DNA of 47,415 nt, the filler included, from Jimgerdemannia flammicorona (taxonomy: Eukaryota): assembly GCA_003990765.1 (NCBI GenBank). It is 2 parts of 2 records of this genome, joined end to end, with 100 filler letters (N's around TTAATTAATTAA, not from the genome) between each part and the next. Parts side by side here need not be neighbours in the genome. Positions count along the whole stretch, not along the records: positions 23,766 to 47,415 come from RBNJ01001083.1; 1 more part is not named here. One strand, given 5' to 3'. The notes under the pieces are model-generated. The model worked only from the letters and a program-made list of their open reading frames with translations, searched no databases and had not been told where the DNA came from. Positions within the stretch are counted from its first letter, which is position 1. Each line of letters begins with the position of its first letter. Below are positions 23,873-37,260 of the stretch, in pieces. The position numbers and the translations under genes are program-made.

Positions 23873-26054
23873 ATGAAGCGATCCAACGAGTACGTGAACC
23901 AAAACCACGCGGATAACATTAAGAAACCGAGATTTGCGCAGGGCTATGGGTATGCATTTTGTGGCATGTTCTACCTTTAAGGACTCATGTGGCACGATTA
24001 AGGCTTAAAATTAGTATCTGAGAGCGTGGTATATCTCTGCCTGCCTGCTTGCACATGTTGACATGTTTTTATGCTCTCGTAAACCACGTATTCATCCAGT
24101 GATATATACGGCCAGTACCCCATGAATCCCGCGGCAGCCGCCATGATGATGAGCAGCCAGTACTCCCAGCAAGCTGGCGGTGGACCGTTCCACCAAGGCA
24201 ATGGCGGCCCTAGTGGCTTTGGCGGCATGTCACAGTACTCTCAAGCGGGTAACCAACCATCCTATGGCGCTCTCACGCAATTCCACCAGCAACAGCAACA
24301 GGCTTCCGTGGCGCAGCAATTTGCCATGAGCAATGCATCCGCCGCGGGGATGGGTTCTCCTTTTGCGGCGGCGTCGTTTGCTAACGCTGGCGGGTTCGCC
24401 GCTGGTGCAGCCGGCGGTCTCAATAATGGTGCCGGTGGTGTCGCGAATCAAACTGGCCGAACTGTCTACATTGGCAACATCCCGCCCGATACCAATGTCT
24501 CCGATATCCTCGACCATGTCAAGTCCGGTCCGATTGAATCTGTTCGCCTCCTTCCTGAAAAAAACTGCGCTTTCCTTGCATTTTTGGACGGTACGTCTGC
24601 CGCGGCATTCCATCAAGACGCCAACTCCAAAAAGCTCATCGTCAATGGCACAGAGCTCAAGGTTGGATGGGGTAAGCCTTCGGCCGTTCCCGCCAACGTG
24701 CAGGTCGCGGTACAGAACGGTGCCTCTCGCAATGTGTTCTTGGGCAATCTCGACGACGGCGTGACAGAGCAATCCTTGCGTGACGACCTTGGCAAATTCG
24801 GCCAGATCGAACAGGTCAAGATCCTCCGAGACAAATCCATCGCGTTTGTTCATTTCCTGTCAATTGCCAACGCCGTCAAGTGCGTTGCCACTCTCCCCAC
24901 GGAGTCGAAGTGGGCTGCCCGTCGTGTGAATTACGGCAAAGATCGTTGCGCATACATCCCCAAGGCCTCTCAACAAGGATCCCTCGGATCCCTCGGTCTT
25001 CTGCCCGGTCAACAGGGCCTCTCCCATAGTCTCGGACCCTCTTCCGCTCAACAGCAATTTAACGCCTTTAACTCCTCTCTTGGAGGATTCGGTTCTGCCT
25101 TCCAAATGCCTTTCAACTCCTTTTCCGTCGACCCTTACACCGGTGCCATGACCGCTTCCGCGTCCATGGACTCCCATAGTGCCAGTTCTGCCGGTATAGG
25201 CTCACCTTACATGCAGCACCAACAGCAGCATCACGTCGGTCTTCCCGGTTCTCTTGCTTCTCTCGCTGCAACGCAAGGTCAACCCCTTCAAGTCTCTACC
25301 GCTTCCATTGCCGGTACCGCCAACCGCACGGTCTATCTCGGAAATATTCATCCGGATACCACCTGCGAAGAGATTTGCAATGTCATTCGAGGCGGCATTC
25401 TACATCATATTCGCTACATGCCCGAGAAGCATATTGCCTTTGTCACGTTTGTCGACCCACTCGCTGCCGCCAACTTTTACCATCAGGCCACCTATCAGGG
25501 CATCCTGATCAAGAACCGTCGTCTCAAAGTTGGCTGGGGCAAACCCTCTGCGCTCCCCTCCGCGGTCCTCGCTGCCGTCCAGACGGGCGCGTCTCGCAAC
25601 GTTTATCTCGGTAACATTGATCCCCACATCACTGAGGACAAACTCCGCGAGGATTTCGCCGAGTATGGCGAGATCGAGTTGGTCAACACACTCAAGGAGA
25701 AGAATTGTGGTTTCGTCAATTTCACGAGCATCTCGTCGGCGATGAAGGCGATTGACGGGATTCGCGCCAAAGAGGAGTACAAGAAATATCGCATCAACTA
25801 TGGCAAGGATCGGTGTGGGAACCCTCCACGCGGACCCAAAACAGGAGGCGGTAGTTCAAATGGAAATCAGGCGCAGGATACGCAGGTCAAGCAAGAGAGG
25901 AGCGGAAGTACCGGAGGAATGGAAGGGACGAACGGTACGAGGTAATTTTTTCCTTTTCCTTTATGAATGCGTTGGGATTGTCATTGTTCATAAAATTATG
26001 TTGCTAATTTCTCAACCTTTCTCTCGTTTACTTTGGCGTGGTTGTAGCATGTGA
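23873..26054 (+). CDS. nrd1: Four-RRM RNA-binding protein, S. pombe Nrd1 / S. cerevisiae Mrn1 family
   Basis: Exon 1 23873-23949 (MKRSNEY...KKPRF) and exon 2 24100-25941, with a probable 7-nt exon 3 26048-26054 (otherwise the stop is at 25945). Duplicated RRM pairs [31 protein letters not shown]. Confidence 0.88.
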
Positions 26055-26229
26055 ATTGCTGTCACCTCATCGCAACCTTGGGCATGATGAGACTTCTCCA
26101 TGATAGAATTAATCTCAGGCACGTACATTGAAATCCCGGATGGATGGACGATACGGAACCTTCAACTATATTGCGAGTGGACAGTGACGGACGGTTTTTT
26201 TTACTCAGGATATACGACTCACAAACAAT

Positions 26230-26273
<44 letters not shown>

Positions 26274-27113
26274 AGGCCTTTTCATCCTGCTTGCACACTT
26301 ATACATATCCAAGAGGTTATACATAGCACACCTTCTGTCCTTATTAATTAATGTTTGCGAAGTTCAGTACAACTCTGGTCAGACGGCACAGCGCAATAGA
26401 TAGATATTATATACGCATCGCATTTGGGACCCCAGCCCCTTGTTTGTTCTTCCCTCCCCTTCCAAACCTTTTGTGCATGCGGGTATTCATTGTCTTTTCT
26501 TTTCTTTTTTTTTTCTTTCTTTCCTTTTTTAATACTGATTTCGGGAGGTTTTCTACTTTTTCCCTTTCCCCGTTTTTCTTTCGGGGGGTTTTTTTTATCC
26601 ATTCCATTTCATAACACCCACCTCCTTTTACTTCTCTTTGCCTTGCTACCCGCATGCCGTGTGCATCTCTTCTTTTTTTTTTTCTTTTATTTTTCTTGCT
26701 CCCAGCGAGCTGTAACCGGCACCTTTTTGCCACCATCACCACTAATCCATTTTACTCACGACCGATCCATCACATCGGCCATCCAGCAGTCTTACAGACA
26801 AATCCATAGAGCTGCCTAGACAATTTGTTCGCCATGCCATGCAAATTTTCTCAACACACCCCTGTGCATTCATAGGAACATGTCAATGTTGCTATTTGAC
26901 TTCCCTTTACATTTTTCCCTCCCAGTCACCCTTGAGCTCGCCCTCTCGCTTGTCTTCGAACTTAGATGATGCATAACATCGGACCGCCACCGCCATCCTT
27001 CATTTTTTTATCCGTGTCTGGCTAGGCCTTCTATTCTACCTTGTTTTCTCTCCACTCTTCGGCTTCTTTTTTGCCCATTGTGACGCTTTTTGCGGACGCG
27101 ATTTTCCATCTTT

Positions 27114-27160
<47 letters not shown>

Positions 27161-29167
27161 GGGATAGCGGCCAATGAGGTAAACAAACACCCTTTGGTGC
27201 TCCATCGTCTCGGTCGCCCTACTTTTCCTTTGCTCGCTTGCTCTTCAATGTTGCACTAGTCCCGGAATCCCAATGGGATCTAGCTTTTCGTCTTGTTTTC
27301 TTTGCGGTGGCGGCTGTGTAAACTCCTTTCACCCTCCTGTTTCACTTTTTCTTTCTTTTTTCTTTTTCGATTCATATACATACTCTTATAAATATATCTT
27401 TTTCTTTTTGGCTTGCGTGTCTCAGAAGAAATTTTCTCAGATATTTCTTTCCATACCGCTTCTCTTTTGAATTCTTACGCCTTCGAAATCCTTCCTTTGC
27501 TGGGGTATAGACAGATTTCATTCTTGCATTACACGCATGCACCCAACACAAATTTCAACAAGCGTACTCTTGGCAAATTTAATATCACGCTTGTTGGAAA
27601 TAGAGCTCGATCCGCGCATAGTTAGTATTGTTAGATTGAACTATCCGACGCATTTTGCTAGCTAATTCTATATGCCCATAGAAGATACAATAATACCCGC
27701 ATTCTCTTTCCGCCACACGTTCGACACTTTGCAATCCCCTAGTCGAGGATGTAGAAGCGGTGAATCCAGTGAACAGTCGCTTGCGAAGCGCTGAAGTCGC
27801 AGAGGGTGCGGTAGTGTAAGGCACGTGTTGGTTGACACACTGTGTAATTAGTTTGAATGTATAAATACTCAGTAAAGTGAAAAAAAAAAAAAAAAAAATA
27901 CTCAGTGAATATTGAGGAAATAAAGGCAGGGTCGTTCTATTCAGTATTCGAAGTTCGATTCAATCCGCTCCCCAAACACCACACGCACCATACTTTAGCA
28001 ACTCATCCTCGACTTTATCTGCGAGGATGTACTTACGGGTGAGGTGCTCGAGATGTTTGCGAAGGCAGCATTGTAGGATAGACCGTTGGTATTGGAGGAT
28101 GTGAATAAAGATCTAATACCAATTATATTTCAGTAAAGAGATGAAGTGGCACTTTGCGAAATTATATGGCGATAGTCCTTAATTGCAGTTTGTTGCACGA
28201 GGAAAGAGATCGTACAAGACAACTCAAGATGTCGGCCAGATTAGCTACAATCCCAAACCGATGATGATTGTTCCTGGATCGGTTGACTTTTTACCCATGG
28301 GTTGTGAAGGAGTCTTCATGGAGATGGACACATGCTTTCAATGATCTGGACCGGTTTCAAGGGGCTCACAAGAAGCAACCAAGACCGACCGGAACGCGAA
28401 TCGCGTTTGATTGGAAGAATGCGAGTGCACAGTTTGAATTCGGTACGAAAACAAAGGCAAGGGCAAAGGTAACTGACAATACTCAACTTCTAGGCTGCAG
28501 AATGAGTGCGCTCCCCCGTCGCCCGCGTTTCGTCCCACGCAGATGGACCAACCAGCCCCCTTACCTAGGGTTGGCGAGCTATTATTTTTAACTTCAGAGC
28601 AGTAACGAAGGCCACAAACCAGGGCCACCTTTCTTTCCAGTGAAGGAATTTTTTACTTCCTGGTGAATGGAAGTGGGGTTTCCCAGCCCACCTTCGGTAT
28701 ACCTTACGACGGTGTTGGGCTTTCAATCGCTCTTTTGAAGTGAAGCGTTTGATGACATATAGCACTATATATTAAGTGCTTCTTTTCGCAAGCACTTTAT
28801 TAATACCCTTCCCCACGGCCAAGGGGCAAAGAATAAACAAGACAAATGAAAGCCCTCCTTGTCGCTAATGCGAGTCCTTCTCATCGCTAGCTTTAACATG
28901 GGCTTATCCCCTCTTCAAGATTATCATGAATACTTAAAATATTATACAAGCTAGCATCGGAATTATCTTTGATTTTGCCGAATCTGATCAAAAGAAGCAT
29001 TTATGCCAGGAAGATTCGGAGAATTTCACTACGAATGCGAAACGTTTACAATTGGGATCCAGAAAAGTTATTGAAGAACTTCGAAAATGTCTGACGGCGT
29101 ATGAAAGTCGATAAAGGTGAGAGCAATAATTAACTACAGAACGATGATGGGAATACTCAGAGTCTTA

Positions 29168-29212
29168 TAACATAGATTGGTAATCGGGTAATAAAGTGGA
29201 AGTCCAAGTGAC

Positions 29213-29249
<37 letters not shown>
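29168..29249 (+). mobile_element. 82-bp extreme 5'-truncated LINE insertion
   Basis: Perfect 19-bp TSD GGGAATACTCAGAGTCTTA (29149-29167, 29250-29268). Tail is AATAAA-GTGGA-AGTCCAAGTGACT-AT-poly(A). Confidence 0.9.
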
Positions 29250-29252
<3 letters not shown>

Positions 29253-29702
29253 AATACTCAGAGTCTTAGTAATTAAATACCAGATATACATTTTACTACA
29301 GAGGATATCTGATCATAAGGATGTGAACTGCCATCTGTAACAATATTTGTCATATGGTGCAATGCCGAACTCATATATCGGAGCCAGATTGTATGTTGAA
29401 GGCAAGATGGCCCTTTGGGCAAAAAACATTGGTGGTATCGTAACTGTTCTGGCATCCCTTGGACTGGCCATGATATGGTAACAGCAATCAAACAATCGAT
29501 CAAAATATTCGAATTATCGGCTTGGGGGAGAAAAATAAGGGCCCAGCCATGACATCAAACGCTCATTCATCTTTTATCATTTTGCCGAATTGAAAAATGA
29601 TCGAGTTCGACATAGCCAGGTATCTCGGCTAAAAAAGAGGGTACGCATATATTTTATATATTTTCTAATTATTATCCAGAGCGAAGTGGAGGCCTAGCAT
29701 GG

Positions 29703-29774
29703 CGTCGTCCGTTACGTCGTCCGTTACGTCGCCCGCTACGTCGCCCGCTATGTCGTCCGTTATGTCGTCCGTAC
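29703..29774. repeat. 12-bp minisatellite, 6 copies (YGTCGYCCGYTA)
   Basis: Direct reading of the sequence. Confidence 0.9.
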
Positions 29775-30274
29775 ATTACACGTAACAGATCCCCCAATGG
29801 TATCCTTTTACTTTTTATATTTTATGATATAGATTTATGACAGTGTTGGAGCCAACAATTCACAGCTGTTTACATGCATTACACAAATATGGTGACGATA
29901 TTGGCGCAATCAACTTCAGCTTATTTTGGATGTTGAATACCGTATATACGTATTTCAAAATTCTAATGCACGAATTTTATAATATATAATAAGCATCCCT
30001 GGAGCTGTTGGAGCACCTGCAAAATCGTTAGTAATGCAACAGAATGTAATCACGGGATGTTCTTTTATGCGAGGTCCATGCATCGCACGGATGGCTGGCA
30101 CTGATGGCGGGAAGGTATTGTGGAAGTTGAATGAAATCGAATGAAAAATAGACTGAAGATCGCGTTCAAGCAATAGATAAACATATCATTTTGTCTTGTA
30201 TTCGTGTAATTCTTTTAATTCTTGTAATTCTTGTAATTCTTTGTTGTACCCCTGCAACCATCCGTTTCCGTCAG

Positions 30275-30744
30275 CCTGATCAAGAATAAAGTGAACTATG
30301 GAATGAGGTGTACTGGAGCCTAGAATATTTGGGATTGATCTGGAACATGGAGGATAGGAAATGCTAGACAATGGGTCGGGAGGTATGCAATGCCGAAAAT
30401 AATCTTTCATTTCGTTCACCCTAGCCTCTACGAAGTCTATGACTATGATACCCCACAATACCGCCTTGGACGCTGGCGTAAGGGTTGGGAAACCACTGGA
30501 GCCGCTTCGCTCTTCCATCCAGTTCGTGTATCACGAAATCCTCAATGACTACGATACTATCTGGTGCCGTGTTCTATCTAAGGGTTACATATCGATGCTA
30601 CCGGAGGACAAGACCGAGGAACTATGCAAAAGCATATTCGCCGTGCTTGAAGACCCCGAAGACGATATCCAAATTGATCCAACCACAGGACTTATGAGAT
30701 TTCCTTATGAGACGGAGGTAGTGTGGGTGAAAAGGAGGGATTGA
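30275..30744 (+). pseudogene. C-terminal fragment of a class I methyltransferase (Methyltransf_11-like), frameshifted
   Basis: LGLIWNMEDR (~30330), an intron-like GTATG...CTAG (30383-30424), LYEVYDYDTPQYRLGRW, IWCRVLSKGYISML...FPYETEVVW. Frameshifts are present and no SAM-binding motif was found upstream. Confidence 0.6.
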
Positions 30745-32417
30745 CCCATACGGACTGGCATCTTTTATTTTGGGCGAATATTTATCGGGAGATTTACCAA
30801 CCATATCGTGTATTGAAAAAGCAAATTTCATTCGTAAAACAATATGACCACCAAAGTGAGGCGGTTGGCACGTTGGGGCCTTCAGGCCTACTGGATGTGC
30901 CTATTATGTATCTTTCTCAATCATGGCTGATGATTAGCAGCATCACAATTGATTTCAAACCGTGAACGGACCATCGGACTACGTCACGTCGCAATAGTAT
31001 CGTCCACGCTCGCTCTTCGGGTAAAACATGCCCGAGTGGAGGACGCAGCGCCATCCAGAAACGATACCACTGAATGGAGATGATGAAGACGGATATAGAT
31101 ATTGTCAACACCCACAAAAAGTATATCCTCTTCGCCGTTAGCAGATTTTTATCCAGATGCTACGCCTTTTTCTAGAATGGATCAACGATATGTTGCCGAG
31201 AGACGGAGGTCCAACCACGGCATACGTTAATAATCTACAACTCAATCTCTTGCGATGATCAGCGCCCTTTCGTAGCCATTCACTTCCTCAAGTGAATCTT
31301 GCACAGGCGCGATAGAGCATGTGAGAAGCAAGCCGCGGCTTCGCTATCAAACTGATTGGAGATTTTTATTTTCCGCGCTTTGCCAATCGACACCCTTATT
31401 GTGAACATCCGAACAGCTGCATCGCAACACCAGCGCAAACCAGCTTATCATGATTTCATGGCGTCGTCTAGAAATACCTCAGATGATGGAAGCGCAAAAT
31501 AACATTGAGTGAGGGTTCAGTGGCCGGGAAGGTGTACTTGCATTCGATGATGTTCAGATGAACGGTCAACGAGAGTGCTCACCTGTCTGAATTGCACAAT
31601 CTTCGCTTTGGCTCACGACTTGCTTGTCCAAGCTAAATGACGATTGTTGGCAAAAACGACAGAACAATCATTATTAAAGGAACAAAGGTTATTGATAGAA
31701 AACGATTATTGACAAAACGTTGATTATTGGTAAAGCAATTGAAGAATGACAATTATTGCAGAATAACAATTATTAATGTCTCGGTTCTATCCTCTTCGGC
31801 AACATACACGACAAATCGAGTATAATAGTATATGCCGATGAAGACAGGACTGGAAGGGACAGAAAATACGTGTCCCTATTTCCCGGAACGTTTTTCGCAC
31901 TTGCTAAGCCTGCTACTTATGGTAGGCAGGTAGCGAGGAGATGTTCCCCTTCGCCGAGCTGCCCAAACCCACCGCATTTATCCACCCATCCGAATTCAGG
32001 AATCATAAAGGTGGAAGGAGTGAAAATCTCAATTTTCTGTAGCGTTAGGCCTTAGCTAAAAATTTAATTGCTAAAAAACAATTTCTTTCACTTTCCATCA
32101 TGTTTTCCATCAGCTATCTACATATATCTCTACTTTACCTTCTTTTATATAATGATTTACTATCTACAAGATCTCACCTCTCTGCATAGTTATAATAATG
32201 ATATCTTTTCTTCTTATTTCTGCTGACTTCTCTCTTCTGAGCTTTTTATCAAACTTAGAAAATTTGATTTTACAGAGCCCATATGATTTCTCACTTTAGT
32301 TTGTTTTATTTCTCAGATTATTTTATTTTAAAATTATATATTTTTTGTTTTTCTTTTTTGTTTTTTTGTTTATTAAAAAAAAATATTTAAAAATTGGATT
32401 TTTATAAATAACTAATA

Positions 32418-33150
32418 TATATATTATAATATACAATCTGATCTCTTGTTGCTTTAAGTATAGCTTAATATACTATTTATAGAAATGCATTCAGTGGTTT
32501 CTATAGAATATATTATTAAAAGATATTTATTATTTATATATTAATAATTATTTGATTTAATTATATCTTATAGATTTTTGATAATTTCTTTTAGTTTTTA
32601 GTAATTTAGTAGTATATTTCTAAGTTTTAATTTCTTTTAATCTTATTTTTAATTTATAGTATATATAAGAGATTTATTACTTAATTTTAAAGCTTTATAC
32701 TTTAGATAGATATATTATTTTTTTAGAATCTTTTCTAATCTCTTAAAGTTTTTAATATTTTACTAATAAACTAACTTAAAAGCAAACTAGACTTAAACTG
32801 AGATTTATTTACTCTAATTACTAGAATTATTTATATAAGTTTGGCTAAACTATTATATAATAAATTTTATAGAGTCAGACTAATTAATAAGAATAAAATT
32901 AAAATTATTATTAGTAATAATTTAATAATAGTAAGTTAATAATAGCAAACCTAATACTAATAAAAATAAGATTATTATACTTATTAAATTATAGTATTAA
33001 GGATAAAAGTTCACTAAATAAATATATATATAAGATTAGAATATTTATAAAATTAAACTATAGACTAAATATAATTAAGCTATTATACTTAGTAAGTAAT
33101 AATAATAAAATTATTAATTAACTAAATATAGATTAGAAATATTTCAAAAA
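32418..33150 (-). repeat. Extremely AT-shifted copy of the 10125-10890 repeat
   Basis: For example TGTGGCGTGCGAT vs TATAATATACAAT, and TTCAAGCACGGCTCA vs TTTAAGTATAGCTTA. Poly(A) box at 32797-32815. Confidence 0.65.
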
Positions 33151-33252
33151 TAATAGTTAATAAAGAGGCCTAGATAAAAAAAAAAAACTTTTATCAAAAG
33201 AAATATATAAGTAAAAATAATCTTATTTATTTATTTTTTGAAAAATATAAAT

Positions 33253-33733
33253 TATAATATAGTAGATGTATAACTGGATAAGTATATCAGATTTTTGTAT
33301 CTTGAAAACTTAACCTTCTTTGACTCTACAGAGTCCTTAAGATATAAGAGTGGGTGAGTTTGAAGTATATCTGCCTGTAAGCTTACTAGTTCCTTTGCTT
33401 TTTCTTTACTTTAAACTATTTCAATCTGAGATTTATTTACTCTAGATACTGAGAATATTTATATAAGTTTACTAGCTATAAAGTGACTAAGTTATGACTA
33501 TATTTCCTATGAGTCACTTTTTGATATCTACAAAATCTTTGATGATTACCAAAACTTTAACATTTGTAAAGTTTTCAATATTTGTGAATACTTTAACATT
33601 TGCTAAAACTTTAACATTTGCAAAATATAACTGCTATTTGTAAGATTATACTATATTTGGGAATCAGATTCAGGTACTATGATCAAATGTCTATTTCTCT
33701 GATTTATGTTCCTAATTTAGATCAATTATTACA
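33253..33733 (-). repeat. 3' LTR of element C (481 bp)
   Basis: Colinear with 45283-46109. Ends ATTACA / ATCACA. Contains ~18-bp AAAACTTTAACATTTGC repeats. Confidence 0.9.
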
Positions 33734-34235
33734 ACTTTTTCTTGAATAAGTAATTTATCCCTGAAGTATCCTATTCACTCAATTCCCAAGCTTTTATGAT
33801 TTATATCTTCTTGTACTATGTGATTTATACCATTATGTTCTCTCAATAGTATCTCTTGATATATCCAAAGTCTTCTGAAGCTACTTCTTGAAAATGAGCT
33901 AGGGATTATTTATTTTTTTTGAATAACTTATATACTCTTTTGGCAATAGTGATTTGAGTATAAGAGAGCTGACATTCTCTGATCCAGTCTTCTTTTCCTA
34001 TCTCTGGCTATGAGTTTAGTAGTTATCCCAACTTAAAGTATTTTTGAAACTCAGTCTGGTTTTGGTAGGCCTTGAAATACAAGATTCATGACAAATATAT
34101 CTGAACAATACTCTAGATACTATCAAAGGATTCTTCTATGATCAGTAGCTCAGTAGTGCATCATTGTCTTTCTATGGCTCATTGTATAGTACTGGTGATC
34201 TTGAGGGCTTTGGTAGTACTTCATTAATTAGTCAT
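33729..34235 (-). pseudogene. Accessory ORF3 of element C (~168 codons)
   Basis: One frame from ATG 34235 through the PPT: FQKYFKLG*LL...LSYTQITIAKRVYKLFKKNK*SLAHFQEVASEDF. Confidence 0.6.
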
Positions 34236-36846
34236 AATACTTCTTGAGTTAATTTTGGTGAATAGTAGTAGGGATGATTGTATCTGAGAGTTTTCATAGC
34301 CAAAAGGTGGTTTCTTTTATATTTTAGACAAGGTAAGGTTCTTCTTACTTAGGCTCTAGTTTTCATAATTATAAAGTTTCTACTATATTCCAATATATCA
34401 GAACTTTGTCTCCTATCTTAATAATCTCCAGGAGCTTATATATCTTCTCTGCATTATTCTGTTATAGTATCTATATATTTCTATATAGTATATATCTCTA
34501 TTGGATAATAAGGTTCCTTGAGAACTTTCTTCTCTGAACAGTATTTCTCAAGAGGTGAAATGGGTACTTTGTGATCAGATATCTCAGAGAGTAGATAATA
34601 CTATTGACAGATAGTGATCCCAGTTTTTGTAGTTATTGCAGATCTTAGCAATAACATTCTTGAGAATCTTGTTAGTCCTTTCTACTTATCTATTTTCCTA
34701 AGAGTGATAGGCTATAGTCTGAATATACTGGATCTTATACTTCTTGTAGAGAACCTCAAAGAACTGATTCATGAATTCTATTCCTCTGTCTATTGTTACT
34801 TATATTGAAGTTTCAAATTGACAGATGATTTCTTTGTAGAAGAAATTAGTAATTAACTATGCATTAGCTTTTTTGAGAGATTTTGCCTTTATCTATTTTG
34901 TGAAAAGGTCTACAATAATAATAATATATCAGTTATCAGTCAAAGTCAAGGATAGAGAATCAATTACATCTATTGTAATATATATAAAGGGTACTAGTTC
35001 TATATATGCTAATCCTGAGGTCTGATTTTATTGGTCTTATTTCTGTTTCTGATATTTGTCACAGGTCTTGACAAATTGTCTAATATCTTCCTCTATTTCT
35101 GGTCACTACATTGTTCTTCTTACTTTTTTGTAGGTATTTATTCCTTCTAGATAGCCAAGTTTATATACTGATTTCATTATTTGCTCCTTTTTATATTTGG
35201 ATATAACTAGTAGCTTTTCTTTCTTTAGTATTTCTCTATCAGTCTCAAATTGTTTCTATGTTCTGTTGATAATTATTTGTATCCATTTTTCCAGATATTG
35301 AGGCATCTTTTACTATCTTAGGTAGGTAATAATTTCATAGTAAAGTTTCTTATTTATAGTTGATTTGCTAGTTGGGGGTCCTTTGGAGTATCTATGAGAG
35401 AGTATCTATATTGGTATTAGTTCTTCTAGAGCAGTATATGATAGTTATATCATAAGCTTGCAGCTTTATAATCTATCTAGTATAGATTCCTTTAGATTGC
35501 CCAGTAGTTAGTAGCTAGATAATAGCTAAGTAATTTGTCTGAATGATGAGTTTCTCTCTATAAGATAGTAGTAGAACTTCTCTATAGCTCAGATAACTGT
35601 AAGATATTCTAACTTATAGGATTTATACTCTTTTTCAGCTCCTTAAGTTCCTCAGCTGAAATATGTAATGATATATTCTACTTTATCTTTTTTCTATATC
35701 AGAACTACTCCTAGTTCTTGGATGCTTATATCTATTTGTAAGATGAATTATTGAGTCCAATCAGGTCTTCTGAGGATGGGTGCTTGGATCAGTCTGATCT
35801 TGAGTTCATTGAATGCTTTTTGTTGTCTACTAGTTCATTGAAACTTGATATCCTTTGTATTGAGTTTATAAATTGGGTCTGTAATATTGGAGAATCCTCT
35901 AATAAATCTGCAGTAGTATGAGATGAGTCCTATGAAGGCTTAGGCTTTAGTAATAGTGGTGGACCTTAGATATGCTACTACTGCTATATTTCATCTCAGT
36001 TAATAATATAACTCAGATAGGAGATCTTGATTTCTGCAAACTTATACTTCTTGAGCTTGATATATAGGTCATACTTTCTTAGCTTCTTTATTATCTACTA
36101 GATGTACTGCAGATATTCTTCAGCTATCTTACTATGGATGATAATATCATCTATATAAACTATTAACTATCTTTCTATATTATAGTAGAAGATTTTATTC
36201 ATCATTCACTGAAACTTGCTGGTATATTGTATATTCTAAATGATATTTTCAGATAGACATAGATTCCATCTGAGGTGATGAAAGCTGATTTTTCACTTGC
36301 TACTTTGGTAAGGTCAATCTGATAGAATTCTGAGTATAAATTCAAGATACTGTAGTAATGTACTTTATCTCCCAGAGTTACAAGAATGTCACTGATGAGG
36401 GGTAGTAGTTAGTAATTCTTCTTTATAGCTATATTGAGCTTCCTGTAATTAGTGCAGAGTCTTGGGACAAATTCTCCTAGTTTGTTTCCTTTTTTGGGGG
36501 CTAATACAACTAGTAAAGCCTAAGGACTGCTGGCTTCTTTGATGATACTGGCTTCTTCTATCTGCTTGATTTCTTTTCTGAGTTATTTGTGATAAGCTGG
36601 TAGAATTGGTCTTACTTTTGGTAAATGGGTTTGGTAACTTCTATATCTATATTATGATAATAGTATAGAGTCTTTCCCTTAATATTCTTAAAGTCTGTGG
36701 CTAGAACATCCTCAAATTTGTACAGTATCTTCTTGAGTTCCTTCTTGAGTAGAAATTCATCTCTAATGATATATTTATACTTATTTATAGTTTCCTCCTT
36801 CTTGTGGTTCAGTTTGGTAATCTTGGTACTAGTAAATACTCCTCTT

Positions 36847-37260
36847 TCTGTAGATCTAAATCCTTTCTTTTCTCTTTCTATTACCTCTAACTTCTTGACT
36901 TCCATGATCTTTGGCTGAAGAACTAGGTAGATCAATATCTGTATCAATCAGTTCTTCTTCTTGATTGGAAATAGAATTATAGAGTTGTGATTCTTAGTAA
37001 TGAGTAGTATTTCTTCAATATAGTCTGAATTGATGACTCTTCCTTCAATAGTAATCTCACTCTTGGCTAAACTGCTTCTTGTCTTGAGGATTCTGATATA
37101 GTCTTTTGGAATAGTCATCTCCAGACTAGTTGCAAGTAGGGTAGTTATCTGGGGCTCTAGTATAGTTTTCTCTACTATAGTGATATTCATTCTGACTGTA
37201 TTTTCTGACTTATATTCTGATAAAACTGTATTAGAGTAGATTTTCCAAATCTTGATCTTG
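36847..37260 (-). pseudogene. dUTPase domain within element C pol
   Basis: TRSSLAK, IEGRVINSDYIEEI and REKKGFRST, between protease and RT. Confidence 0.8.

Noticed and set aside
24230..25797. Overlapping alternative-frame and antisense ORFs in the RRM gene
   Set aside because: Shadows of a GC-rich CDS with no motifs.
26062..27625. Lys- or Phe-rich ORFs
   Set aside because: Produced by poly(A)/poly(T) tracts in the probable 3' UTR and intergenic DNA.
31630..31780. GATTATTG/CAATTATT motif cluster
   Set aside because: Short degenerate low-complexity repeat with no boundaries or partner copy found.
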